Below, piece after piece: positions 11,303 to 25,781 of a stretch of 64,000 bases of DNA. The DNA comes from Antedon mediterranea (taxonomy: Eukaryota; Animalia; Echinodermata): assembly GCF_964355755.1 (NCBI RefSeq), contig NC_092672.1, forward strand, positions 25,674,437 through 25,738,436, given 5' to 3'. The stretch's first letter is position 1. Every line of letters starts with the position of its first letter. The notes beneath the pieces were generated by a model that worked only from the letters and a program-made list of their open reading frames with translations, made no database searches and was not told the origin of the DNA. Made by a program: the position numbers and the translations under genes.

Positions 11303-14300
11303 TTAGGATGTGACTGCAACCCATGAAGCGTAAGCTTACTATAATGTAGCGAAGAAAATTCTATTTGTGTGTATGTCGTAATGATGGCTTGTCAGTCAAC
11401 CAATGTTGCAGCGCAACAACCCAAGCAAGATACTTTGTCCGAATCGAGTCGTTCGGTAAGTAGAGACAATGTGACCCCGCCCCCTTTTACTTTTAATCTT
11501 ACTGTCGGAGATTAGAAAGAATTACCATTAATACACCAGTTAGTATTGTAAGTGATTTGTACATTGTTAAACTTACTGCGTCATTACCACTCAGTGTACG
11601 CCTAACGCGAGAGATTATGTCTGTGATATAGGCCAGCATTAAACTGAATAATCATTTTATGCCATGTTAGGCTGCAATTGAAATACAAAATGTTACTTTT
11701 TAGTGAAATTAATATTTTAATGAAAATAATAGTTATATTTTCATTGAATCCAAATCAAAGTCTCGCGCCCATCATGATACTCTTTTCTGATGATTATGAA
11801 ATACAGCCATTTTGACACTTCCGCGTTTAACTGTTATAATTGCAATACAGTACTGTCATAATTTTATGTTGTGCATTATCAATATCTGACCCATGGAAAA
11901 TGGGTTACAAATACGTTTATTTTCGTACAGCCTAAATGATAAAATGTTGTATCAAAAACAGAAATGGAAAATACCAGAATCGATAAATTTAATACAGAAT
12001 GGAAAATACCACTGGATCGATAGATTCAGCCGCAGGATAAACAGCATATTGTATATAATAGGCTGTGTACAATACTTTGTTTATGACTTCCAACGTTATG
12101 TGTCAATACTCATTTTCATAGCCTGGGGAATTAGAATACTACTACAATAGTAGTACGCATCCACAGCTCATTCAAATAATATAATATATTATATGTCAGC
12201 CTTAATTCTGCTAGGGACGCAAGTGTCGGGTGACAATATCATGGGTATTATTATAGTGTATTTTCGTTATTATCAACAGCAATCGTTGTGAAAAGATTGT
12301 TTAGTTTCGATTGATTGAATCGGTTTGAATAAGAAGCATTCTTCCTATTACACATGAAAAGACGACATTATTTTGGATTGCATCAGCCAATTTAAACATT
12401 CAAAATTATCGGAAATAACAAACCGATTATTCACTACTCAATTTTATACATGATTACCAATAATAGGCTCACTGCACTTGTGATTGGTCGAAAAGACACG
12501 TGACGTTCTACCACCATCTTATAGATTTTTAATATAAATACATAAGCTATGCTATAAACGAAAATTTAAATGAAGTCACTTTGCATTATTATTATTATCT
12601 CATTGGTGTGATTGTGTTATAATACAATATCCTACATCCGCACATTCGTTTAACTATACCTGACTTTTAATTCCATTATAGTACGTTTACTTGCTACTAT
12701 CAACTTTCCTTTATCAATTAAACATTGAAATGTACATGTAATATTGTCATATTTACATTATTTCGAAACTGTTCATTGTATTAAGACTAAGAAATTTACA
12801 AGCAAGTGCTTCAGGGATCAGGGATTTTTCAACGGAGATACTTTCGGATTATTTTTATTTGTGAATAAACTTGAGACGGACGTGTAAGTTCATTCTAATT
12901 TCGTTATTATTTATAAGGAACTATTCAACAATAGCTAGTATAAGGTACATCGTAATTGTCCCTCTGAAAAGATAACTTTTCAAGAACAAATTATTTATCT
13001 TAAAAAAATTGTAATTTAAATAAAAAGACAATTGGTTTTTGCTCAAATTTAACTATTTATTTTGTCTTTTTATTAGTGAAACAATTATTTTTATTTTTGT
13101 TCTACGAAAGTGAATAACTTGATTTAAACTATACAACATGGCCGATTCAAAGTCTAATTTTATTTATTTTCATGTTTTTGAGTGACAATTTAATTCGATA
13201 TTCTCAAAATTATATTCAAAAGATTCACTCGTTTACCCATTCGAGAATGATTCGTTTGAATTCATAATTTCAATAGTAGTTATTTTATTTGCTTAGTCAT
13301 TCATATAGACACTAGTTAGAATTGAAACGCTAGGCTATAGGCTTACAATGTAATAGATAAAAATGTAAAATTAAAGTCAGGTTATATACACATTATAGAG
13401 TAGATAACAAATAAATAAATTTAAATAAATATTAAAATAAAATAAAATAATATTATATGATTTATAATTTTTGTTTAATCTTTGTTTTTTAATATTGTTG
13501 TTTGTTAATTTTATAATTTTAGACAAGGATATGGTTTTGCATCCTGCGCATGCCCTCTACCACACCTCATATTATTAATAATCGTTCATTTTGCTTCTCT
13601 GGTGGACTGAATGGACTGATATTATTTTATACTGTTATTTTTTAACTTTACTTGAAGAAGATTTTCGATTTGTTCGTACACAAAAAAGAAGATAAAGAAA
13701 CTGTTGATATTTAAAGCTCCGTTGGTGACATTTTTTAATGGAATCCACGGAAACTTAAGTTCTGTTGGTTTGGAGATATTGTGGAAATACGTAATGTCTA
13801 CATAACATACCCGGTTTATAACTTATTGCGTAATGGCATGTTGGTTTTTAAAATGTTATTTTGTTAGTTTATCAACATTTACAATCGGACTTATATATGC
13901 CTATACATCTTGGTATATATTATTCAAGCACCTTGCTGTTATGATGGATAGCCTAGTCGGCATATCTCGCCAGGATCGAATCGAAAACTGCCGGATACAA
14001 ATCATAACGAAAATTTCTTATTTCGTCAAAAACATCAGCAAGTTTAATTTTTTGAGGTAAGAATTATTATTTATTTAAATGACTATCAATATTAAAATAC
14101 CTAAAGTTTCTTTCTTTTACTTTTAATTATGATATCAGAACTAGGCCTAGCTTATTAAGCCTATAGGAATTTCATATTTTTCAAGATGGCGCAAACCTAG
14201 TCTTATGCTTATTTACGTCACGATGAAAATAAAATCACAAGATAGGAAAGTCATATCTGATTGGGTTTTTTATTTAAGAAATACTTAAAGACGTTTGTCC

Positions 14301-16454
14301 CCTCAAAAACATGAACAATTAAGGTTAAATAAAAGACACTTTGAATAGGTAATTTTGTTAACTTATATTATAAAAGACAATAAACTGAATTCAACCAAAG
14401 ACTCCTTTAAATTACATTTTTCTAGGTAATAAATACATTTTTGTTTGATCAAATTTTTGGTTAAAGTGAATAATGATTATGTGACATTTAAATTTCATAT
14501 TCTACAAAATAATTAAGACAATTATTTTTCATCTTTAAACTATACGTTCACTGTATTTCCAATAATTCTAATCTTAGTTACTGAGGATGCATTTTCAACC
14601 TTTAAATCTAACCCTAACAAAAAACCTAAATTATTTAGTACATCCGTCCATTAAAAAAAGGAAATATTTAGAATGAATTCCAACCGAAATATTCAATCAT
14701 TTTCTACGTGTCTATTACTAAATATTAAATTGTAACTTCACTGTGTGTATATAACACTTTGATAAAAAAAATCAGCAACAATGGAATACGTTTTAATGTC
14801 ATTATTAATCATTATACTGATGTTTCAATTTACCTAGTAAACAATTATTTGATATTGAATGTATTTTACTTTATATTATTTATATTTTATTTATATAATA
14901 CACTTTTCATAGTGGCAGATAGCGTTATTTATAGTGTAACATTTATATTTCTTTATATTTTTTGTGTGTATTTTAGAACCAACTCAATAACTTTCTCCAA
15001 TAACATCTGGTTTAAAGTAGCATTAAAATTACTGTAAAGAAGCTGTATTTTGACACCCCAACAGATCTAAATATTGAAACTAAAAATAGGAAGACGAAAT
15101 ATAAATGACGATGAATATTCTACATAAAATCAGATACGAAATGGCATAGATAGGGCCTACATGGATAATGATACACACATCATTTAAATTAACAATGAAT
15201 GTTAAACTGACAACATACTGCACCAATGAATGCTGCAAGCCTGAGAGACCGAGATATTCGGATATTTCAGAGGAAGAAAGGATGGGAGTCAGCATCTTGG
15301 TTCCGACTTCTAAAGTCTCTTTACTTTATTCACGAGGATGAACATCATTCTATGTACACTATTATCTTATTATAATTTGCAAGCATGCAGGAGCAAGTCG
15401 AGTGCAACAGATCATAACGAGGAAAAACTAACACAGTCACACGGTTGAGCAAAAACTGGCAGAAAAATGGCCAAATTGATTGACGTTATAAATTAAAATA
15501 TTCACTAAGAATATTTCGTTTGTGAGTAGGGTATCTAAAATAATATATTATTAAGGACCAGGGCGATAACGATCGACGATAAATAGATAGTTATACATTT
15601 TTCTTACATAAAAAAAAAAAAATAGACAGTCATTCTGATCGATAACCATTAATTATACGATCGTTGATGATATAATATATTAAATCCAATTAAATGACGT
15701 CATGATCAACAAAATTCAATGTCGTTACGATTATTGCTCTTACTTTCAATTGTTTCATTAAAGACAGTATATTATCCTATAATTCAACTTAAACACTTAC
15801 AATTTCTTTTGTTTTAAGAAAAATGCATAGTTACCGTCGATTGCTATCGTCCATAATGCAAATTAATATTTAAAAAAAAATTATGTATAACCTATAGATA
15901 TTAAATGTAGCCTTCTTTAAAATGTACAATAGAACGTCCAAAGCCTCTATTATTATTGTTAAAAAACTATCCTCATTTACAGCACCTTTAAGCTTAAATT
16001 CATAAAATAGGTCGATTTCAAAATAGGCCTACCTCTTTTCCAGAGATGCACTTTTAGAAAACCAAGGTTTGCTTTCAGTAACAATGATTTTATTTTCCTC
16101 ATAAAATACCGTTATGTTGATAAATCGATAATAATATATCAAGAGAAAATTCTTGAAGCATTACTTTCAGATTAGCCTTCATTTAGGCCTAAGCTATTTT
16201 GTTATGCTTTATAAAAAAGTGTGAATACCACTAGTAAATGCTGAATTGTTGAAATGTCATTATATAATGATTTAGAAAAGTAATTCAATGTCATGAGGAC
16301 TCACAGGACTATATCATGTACAGTATACTTTTTTTCTACAGGAGATGTGCTTGGTAGGCCTACTCAGATGTTCAAAGCATTTGATTGCAATGACATCCGT
16401 CGACGAATATGCCACTGGTGGGATGTGACGCCCATACAACATGGTAGGCCTAAT

Positions 16455-16755
16455 AATAATAATTTATATAGCGCCCTTTTCATGAGTAATCATGCTCAAA
16501 AGGCGCTTTACAAGCATTATTACCCCAGTATTTTTTGGGATCAAACACGTATGGAAACATACTCCCATAATGCAGCCGGTAACCAGCGCAAAGTTGTGTC
16601 TAGATCTAACTGGGTACCCATTTATACACCTGGGTGGAGAGAGGCAATAAGTAAAGTATCTTGCCTACGGATACAAGCAATGCGGCGAGAGTTGGATTCG
16701 AACCTAGGTCTGACGATCGGTAGTCCAACGTCCAACACACTGCGCCACACGCCCT
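16455..16755 (-). mobile_element. tRNA-derived SINE with CORE/Nin-like body and L2-type tail
   Basis: Minus strand: head GGGCGTGTGGCGCAGTG...GGTTCGAATCC, body GTATCCGTAGGCAAGATACTT...CTCTCCACCCAGGTGTATAAATGGGTACC, tail GTAAAGCGCC...GGGCGCTATATAAAT(TAT)n. Second copy at 43812-44026. Confidence 0.8.
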
Positions 16756-18664
16756 TAAATACAATGATCAATTCAATGATCTAATAAAAAAAATCATTAT
16801 GTTGCCACCCAACTGACCCAAAATTTAAGGAAATCTAGGATAAAAATATTATACACAATAAAATCAAAACTAGCTTAAGCCTACATGAAGGCTAAGCATG
16901 TTTTTGACTTTCAGTAAAATAATACAAAATAGAGTTATTAATACTAATAGAGTCTACAGAAAGAGGAAGATGTGTTGTGTCTCTGTTTTCTTCAGAAACC
17001 CAATTACGTGACCAACTGAGCGATCCGATTTATTGTAAAATGCCAATTGCTCCGTAAATGAAATGAAATGATAAATGATATGTCTCTTAAAATAAGAACA
17101 TCATAAAAATCGAAGATAATAAAATCAGACTTCAATCAATATTTCAAACATGATTAAAACGTTTGATAAAATTGTCTGACAATTTGTCTACTGTTTTTTT
17201 TTAAATGATGTTTTTATCTACTCGAATTTTGGGTCATTAATAGTATATATCTTCATTCTATTCAAATAATGTAAAATGGCACTGTCACGGCTTGTCTTAC
17301 CAGAATAATGGCATTCATATTTTTTTTCAGGGGGATAATTTCTCTTATTTAAAATACATTAAAACATATACCTATTGTTTCTTTATAGGCCTTTTTGTTG
17401 CAGTAGAAATACTCAACAAGGGGAGAGATTAAAACAACTTGGCAATTTCTCGGCTCACAAAAGAGAGACTTGTCGGCAATCTAAACATGAAATATAGCAA
17501 CAGACCAACACTGACTATTATCTTGATGTAATGGAGACGGACACCCGACGGACACCAGCATTGCCAAAGAAGAAGGGATGTAATGATAATGATAGTGTTA
17601 TTATGACAATGAAAATATACCTTTTTTAACAATAATTATAATTACTGTAATTAGATTCTTTAGTAGAGGGCGCCATTTGAAGAACAGGACGCGAGACATT
17701 TTATTTTAGGCCATAGAAGATTCTTCTGCAAATTTTCAGGTATTTTTAGAATTTTTTCATGATGAGTTGGTTTGAATTAGTACCGAAGTCTGACACTGTT
17801 TATTAGTAAAGTAGTCAAAAAGTAAATCATAATAATACTGTGCACTCTCCCCAACTCGCAGTCTAAAAATAGATCTACTTTAGGACTTCACTAGAGTATT
17901 ATGTAGTAGTCCCCCGCTATTTCTTGTCATGTGGTGTGATGGCGTGTTCATCATTTTATTTTATTCGATTTGTAAAATCCCTGGTCACACCCTGCCTCCT
18001 TTTACTACTACTGTATAGGCCTAGTTGTTGTATTTTCCATAATAGATTGTGGGAGCTAAAGCCATCTATGGTTTAACCAGTGGATAAATAAAAACATATT
18101 GGAAAATGTTGTTGATCTAAAAAACTCCAGCAGTAGGCCTAAAGGCCTAGTCTCTACTACTACTACTAGACTAGCCTTAGTAGTACTGTACTTATAAATT
18201 ATAGAGAAGGAATCGTTACTACATAACATATATAATAATTATATATTATAGGACCAAGGCGTATGCCTTAGGCATGATGATCAAAAATTACAAAATGGTT
18301 TGCATCAACTTAACAGAAAATAAATGATTTCAAAATTGTTATTGTTTCTATTGCCTCATTATTAATTTAACTGAATTAATTTTAATTTATAAAATCAATT
18401 AATGTCGGTTTTTCGCATTACTTTTTTTAGTTGTGATTACTTTAAAAACAGCATACAGCATTTAGCTGTTGTTATTTTATTTCAAAATTACATGAGATCC
18501 AGTCTGAGTGCTTGTACATTTTGTCCATTTCCTAGGCAACTTGCCCTTCCCATTACCAAGAAAGTTTTTCTCCTAGCCAAAGTCAACTACTAATATTTTA
18601 ATAATCTATACTTTATTGTTACTTTTCCCAGCTCTTGCTGTGAGCTGTGGAGAAATAATAATTC

Positions 18665-19667
18665 ACCATGGCTAAAGATACGGTACCGTATCCTTCCTAA
18701 CTTACATTTGCTAAAGGTACGGTAAAATTGCATTACGTCATATTTATTCAGCCAATGGGGTGCTGGTACGTGTGTGACATCATCGTATAAGGACTTTGGA
18801 TTTTTTTCATATCGCGAAAACCGTGACCAACCGCTTAACATTTTCTTTATGCTTTATTTTATGTGTCACAATTTAAACTAAATGTAGCCCACGTCTGTTA
18901 TTATTAAAAAGCCAAAACATGTTGATTTTAGTTCTAGAATACAGAAACCGTTTCAAAAGAGGCCTACATACTATAACCTACTAGCCTCATTATATGAGTT
19001 TGTTTGTGTAGGAAAAGTGGTGCCAGCCTGGGATTTTCTTTGACTCAGCCCTGGGGCTACTGTCTAAATCATAGTCCCCTTTATTGTTCACATTTGCTTG
19101 TTATTTATGGTCACCATCTGTAAACAAAGTTTAATGAAAAATATAGCCTAAATAGGCCATTGGAATAAAAATAAAACTCATATAGTAACTCTGGATGAAT
19201 GAACTAAACGCCCAAACACCCAATCAATTTCCAACACTGAATTATAATTCCTTTACTTCTAATTTGGCTATCAACATATCGGATTATAATACTACTACTG
19301 TATGTTGTATAATGAAAGAATATTTGAGATTGAGTGCATGTTTTAAACGCTTTATGTAACGTCCACCAACCACATGAATTTGCTTTATTACTACAGCATC
19401 GACGTTGTCACCCGTTACTAAACTTCTGCATTCAACATTGCTAGGTCTAGCCCCGGGGCTGAGTCACAGAATCAGCGCACACATCCATGCAGCCTGGCGC
19501 CGTCGATAGGCATTCTCTACAGACGCAATATGAAAATAAAATCCAACGTCCTTATATGATGCTGTCACACGTACCATCACCCCATTGGCTGATTATGACA
19601 TAATGCAAGTTTACCGTACCTTTAGCAAACAGAAGTTAGGATACAGTACCGTATCTTTAGCCATGGC
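18665..19667. mobile_element. ~1 kb MITE with ~150-bp imperfect TIRs (CCATGGCTAAAGATACGGTACCGTATC...)
   Basis: 18665-18815 is inverted relative to 19523-19667. An inner inverted pair (GACTCAGCCC / GGGCTGAGTC) lies at ~19042 and ~19455. Confidence 0.8.
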
Positions 19668-22482
19668 GATAATAATTACACATTCATAATTTGATAATTT
19701 AATTCCTTTTACAATTTAGACTTGCAGATTTAAAAAAAGGTTTTATAGCTAGTAAACCTACAAATAACTTCCAATTAACACATTTTTGGAAATACTTACC
19801 ATAATTTCATGTATGGTAGTCAGCCTATAATTGAACAGGTCTTGGTTTTTAAAAAAGTATTAATATACACTTTTTGATAAATATTTCTACAAAACTGGTC
19901 TGGTATGTTTGCGGAATTACCTACAGTATATGCCTTGGCCTGTAGTAGTGGTCCTTAAAAATATTAATATCCTATAAAATAACTGTAATTCATAGTTCAT
20001 TAAGAGAGTTAGCCCATCCATGGTACTTACTGTAATACCGTAAATCTTCTAATTGTACCCTGAGTTTATTATTCTTTGTTTTTTAGGGTGGGTTACTATT
20101 AGAAGGGGGTTACTATGAGAGTAGTGGGTTACTATTACTAATCTTATATTAGGCACCTGAAAATAGTAACCCACCCCAACTTTTCCGGTCAGCAAATCAT
20201 AGCAATACTTGCGATTCGAACACAATATCATTGGTATGCCAAGAAATTGCTGCCCTCTATAATTACACTTAAAAAAACTGTACTGTCTCTAGTCCCAATT
20301 TACACTACCTGTATACCTGTATTGCATTTCATATATCCTTGCTAAACATTGAGTAAGATGTGTTCAATGCATAAAAAAGGCGTAATTACTCCCTGCTTTG
20401 AATATAATATAAGAGAGCTAATCAGAGACAAAGGCAATAGTACAGATGAAGGGAGACAAAAGAATTTAGATGGAATGGAAGCGTATATGGACCAAAAAAA
20501 AGAAATGTACCACAAAAAAAAAAATAAACTACAGAAATACAGTATTTAATATCCTGTATTATATTTCAATTTAAAGATGACAAAAAAAATTAAATAAAAT
20601 GAGATTATTAAAAAAAAAGTGAATTTTGCTGTGATGTTTACAAAATTGGGATTCAATCGTTACAAGTTACAGTAGAAAAGATGCCGTTTGCCATGAAATT
20701 TTGCAATTACAAATACAGACACATCGTCTGCCTACAGGTGAAATACATTATAATATTTAACATTCCTGGGAAAATAATATTTTTTTGAGAGACTTTTAAT
20801 ATTTTCCTGAAGCAAAGTGTAAACATAGTCTCGAGAGAAAAATATCATTCCTACCCTATTAAGGGGATGTAAAATCTTATATTTAACTGATATAAAAGAC
20901 GATTGTTAAACAGCCCTATCTGCTGGGTCAGCTAGGCCTGGCCCTATTAGTAAATAAGCTTTAAAAAACAAAATTTCTATATTTCCTATAATACTTAAAA
21001 AATATATAGAGGGCGCTATATAAGCTAATATTAAGTTATACTAAAAATCTCGAGTGTACAGTACATCATCTGGGATATCCAATACCAAATTGACTAGGCC
21101 TAGGCCTACCTGCAGGTTTAATGGTGTTCAGTAATAAAAAGTAATTAATGGGTAATGTCAGACACCTTTCTAGTGTGTAAGCCTAGCCACCTAGGCCTAC
21201 GATAATTTTGTTTAATAAAGTAGACTTTTCTCCACCAGGACAATGAAATTTGCATGTATAAAATCTTTTTCACCTCATGGGTGGACACCGCCCGACTCTC
21301 TAATGACACATTATTCATTGTTGCATGTGGCATATCGAGTGTTGACAGAGTGCGAGGTACTGTATGCGAGGCGCGCCAAATATTTGTGCGAGGCATCATT
21401 ATATCATTTCCAAAGGTGCGAGGCATATAGTTTACAATTTCAAAAAGGTGTGAGGCATATCTTAACGTGCTATTATGCTATATTATAGGCCTAATAATCA
21501 GTTATTTATATTTTTATAATGGGCCGCCTAGCGTATCTAAATAGATTTGTGTATACACTCATGTTGTTTATTTTTATGTAACGATTTTTTTTTTCATTCA
21601 AGTCATATCGTGTCAAATTTTACTTTTACAAAAGTGCCCAAACTGTTCAAAAGTTGTGCATCCGTATGCGCCATATTTTAAAAATCGGAATGACAGTCTT
21701 CAACTTTCGATAAAGAATAATTGTTATACTATAGCGACACTCATCAAATGACTGCCATGCTTGTTGGCATTTCGAGCGTTGTTCACTTTACAATTAATTT
21801 AACATGTCTCTCGAACATAGGGTGAAAATAATATTTTGTCACACCCACGCGCCTCGATCCGGTAGACCTGAGAGATGGAAAATCCCTCTTTACTATTTAA
21901 CAGGTAGTGGAAGGATTCTGCCTTGAGAGGATTCGGCCTTGTGTCGATTCCCATCCTATAGCACGTGGTTTCAGCAGCAACGCACATACATGTACTTCTC
22001 TCTGAGCAGCGTGCCAAAGACATTTTCGACATTCCATTCTCTAGGAAATCAAGTGAACAGTGATGGCCAGGACAAGTTCAATAACTGGCGGTAAATAAAT
22101 GGTAACTGATATGCCGATCAAATAACATGCCGCAAAGAAAAAGATTGCGAGGGAATTCTGGAGCGCATAAAAAAGACTTGCGTTTGACAATCGTAATACT
22201 AGACCTACAATTAAACTTTAGCTTATATGCTTAGCCCTATCCTAGAGGCCTATATGTTGAAAATAATTTAATCAATTTTGATATAATAATAATTGGTGTA
22301 GTATTAGTAATGATACACTATTCTTGTTTTAGGTATATTATGAACGATTTTTATTTATTGTAGTCCAGCGCTAGTTTCCTTTGCGTATTTTGGACTCTAA
22401 ATTTGATAACTTTATCGTGTGAATACCACACCTTAGAAGTATGCCTCATGAGTATGCCTTGATGTACCCACCTGGTGACATT

Positions 22483-23386
22483 GGCCCCGTTTCTGCTGCC
22501 AAAAATATACCGTATATACGGTATATTTTATATACGGTATATTTTTTGGCAGCAGAAATGGGTCTCATAAAAAATATACCGTATATATATGCCGTATATA
22601 TACCGCATAAATATCCCCATCGTTTGTGGATATTATACGGTATATTCCAAAATATACCGTATATTTCGTACCCCGTTTCTGCTGCACTCAAAATATACCG
22701 TATATGTGACCCGGCCCATGACACGAGGTCAAAAACTACTCAAAAACGTTTGTTTGGTTTTTCTGCTGCATTGACACACGCGTGTATAATAAGCAAGCAA
22801 CAGATCAAAATATCACTGTGGACTGAAGAAATAACTATTTTTGCAATTCAATTGTGGGGAGAAGCGAAAGTTGGGAGGAGACTACATGGCAGCAGAAGAG
22901 ATACCGAGATTTACAAAAGTATCTCAAACAAAATAAAAGCAGAATTTGTGGTAGACTTAATAACGCCAAAGTTATCGGCAAACGCCGTCGTCTTCTTTGC
23001 ATAAATGTAGTCAATGCCCATTCTACATTTCTAGATTGTTTGTGCGATGTAAATTCGTTGCCACTTCTGATCATTAGATTTAAAATAGAAAGCAATGCTA
23101 AGACGTTTTGAGAAACCATCATTGTTTTGTTTTTGTCATGTAACCTCACTACACGAGACTCTAGGTCAATCCATACTTCCGTCTCACAAAATGCATTTTG
23201 GGTATATGAAAGCCAACTTTTTTTACAGCCCACCCACGAAGTATGTGCAGCGGAAACGGTGCACGAATTTCATATACGGTATATATACGGTATATTTATA
23301 CGGTATATTTATACGGTATATTTATACGGTATATTTATACGGTATATTTATACGGTATACTTGGGATTGGCAGCAGAAACAGGGCC
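22483..23386. mobile_element. PIF/Harbinger deletion derivative with Myb/SANT ORF remnant
   Basis: TIRs GGCCCCGTTTCTGCTGCCAA / TTGGCAGCAGAAACAGGGCC with a 3-bp TSD ATT. Subterminal ATATACCGTAT repeats. The internal + frame WTEEITIFAIQLWGEAKVGRRLHGSRRDTEIYKSI resembles the trihelix Myb domain of Harbinger ORF2. Confidence 0.8.
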
Positions 23387-25117
23387 ATTGGTAAAGCATT
23401 TTCACTCTACCTTTTTATTAATGATCATTGAACTAGGCTAATTGTAATGTAAGCTAGGCCATACAAAACAGTATCGGTTCTGCTTTGTTTACTACTGCTC
23501 CGCCATGTGTCGCAGGAAAAATTGCTGCTTCAGCACACTACTACGCTCGGCGAATCGCACTCGACTACTGTTTTGACCACCGTACAGCTATGTTGGTAAA
23601 GTAGCTTATTAGATTTATTCTACACAATTCTATCTAGTACATCATAGGCCTATACTTGCGTTACAAACCCAAACACATATTTAAATCGCTGACAAAGTTT
23701 GTAAATTGACTTTTAAATCTGTTATTATAATTCTACGATAATATTAAATTATCACGAGGTGTAATACCAATGTTGTTTAGTCCATTGCGGGGATAATGTC
23801 CACTAATATTACAGTATAGTATTACGATATTAACATGTGCACAGACCAGTGCGATAATATCAGATAATTTATTTCCACCGACAGAAAATGGTCAGCTACA
23901 CTGAGATATTTTTTAGGTAAATTCCCTATTGTTATTTATATAAATAATAAATAAATAGAGAACTCATTAACTGTTTTAAAGCAGCTTGTTTAGGTAATTA
24001 ACGCCCCTTCCCCCTTTAACAAAAAAATGCTTCCCCGGGGCGTTTAGGGCTAAAAATTAAAAATTAACCTTTATTTGGTAAGGGCGAGTATTCATTTTGT
24101 GATGGTCGACCCGTCTTGTGACTTCCATAAACCGCAACCACCTACCTTTTATTATAAACAAGCTAGGCTAATATAAGCTAGGCCATATCAGGCTTTAACG
24201 GTCATGTTTCCTTTACACTCCATCGGGGGCGAAGATAGCTGCACACACTATGCTTGAAGAAACAAGTCGCAAAGACGGAAAACCCCTATTTGGAATCGGC
24301 TGCCATAAACAAGCTTATTAAATTTCTTTGGTACATTTCTATCTAACGAACATTGTATACTTGATTTTCTGCTTGATAAATTCTTGTTCAATTGACGTTT
24401 AAAATATTAAGATATTATAATAAGATCCTATTCAGATATTCTATCATAAATGACACAAACTATAAGTTTAATTTTCTGACACTCTACACCGCGTAGCAAC
24501 ACGTCGTGAGGCTCGTCTCGTATGGTGGTAAAGACCAATTTACCGAAAATGGTATAGTCCGTTTCAGGGATTTCCATGATTGAATACACAATGAGTACAG
24601 TATGTATTGCAAAACATGTGCACGAGCCCGGGCAATAATTATCAGATGATCTTATTTTTCCTTAAAGAAAATGGTATGAACACTAGATCTTTTGTGGTAG
24701 GAACTGTTTTTGTTCAAAATCGCGATCGTATGGACGAAAGTATCTCCAGTTGCAAATAAGTTTTTGAAAAAGTTTTTTTTTCCAAACAAAGATTTTTTAA
24801 CGCGTGGGGGAGGGGTTTGTGGTGTTAATAAATAATGTAATAATAAATTATATAATTAGGGGGGAGTGGGGATGATTACCCCCTCCCCACCAGGCACCAA
24901 AAAAATGTATACAAAATTAATAAGGGCCAGCCATTTTTAATAAGGGCGACCATCCTTCAACTTCAACCGGCCCTGCTGGCCACTATGGTTTAAAGGTTAA
25001 TTTTCAGCCCTGGGCATTTATTAGAAACAATACAGATTTACTTTGAATTAATGGTTCCTTAGCCATAAAATGTTCACATAGGCCTACAGTAGTATAAAAT
25101 TTCTTCATTTTACAGTA

Positions 25118-25781
25118 CCGTACTGACACGGGTATAAGCCCATACTCGGGTATAAGCCCACCCCGACTTTTGACTAATTTTCATGAAAAATGAGGCACTC
25201 GGGTATAAGCCCACCCATTAATTCGAAGATCTACAGTGTGTGTCGTAATACATTGTTTTGTATTTGGCGACGTCCATACACCGAATACACCTACCTTTGA
25301 TCATAACCAAGCTAGGCTAATATACGCTAGGCCATGAGGCCTAGCGGTCCTGTTTTGTTTACACTCCATCGCGGTCGAAGATCGCTTCATACACGACGCT
25401 ACAAGTCGCCAAAACGGAAAACCACTATTTGGTATCTGCTGCCATAAACAAGCTTATTAAATTTCTTTGGTACATTTCTATTTAACGAACATTGTATACT
25501 TGCTTTTCTGCTTGATAAATTCTTGTTCAATTGATGTTTAAAATAAGATATTCTACGATAAATTACACGAACTATAAGTTTAATTTTCCGACACTCTACA
25601 CCTCGTGTATTTAGAGGCAACGTCGTACACGTGAGGGCGCTCGCTCGCATGGTGGAATACACAGTGTACATGTGCTGTTTTTGACGATCTGCATTTTTGG
25701 ATCCTCGGGTATAAGCCCACCCCCCAAACTTGACGTGATTTCATGTTCAATGGGGGTGGGCTTATACCCGCGTCAGTACGG
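25118..25781. mobile_element. Tc1/mariner(pogo)-type MITE
   Basis: TA TSD; TIRs CCGTACTGAC(A/G)CGGGTATAAGCCC; repeated subterminal GGGTATAAGCCCAC motifs. Internal 25290-25640 is duplicated at 24140-24530. Confidence 0.85.

Noticed and set aside
16293-16784. 163-aa protein-coding gene
   Set aside because: Most of the ORF is the antisense strand of a SINE.
17664-17680. CTCF-like AGAGGGCGC site (also 21008, 43270)
   Set aside because: Only a short core match, and two instances lie in repeats; cannot be supported without ChIP data.
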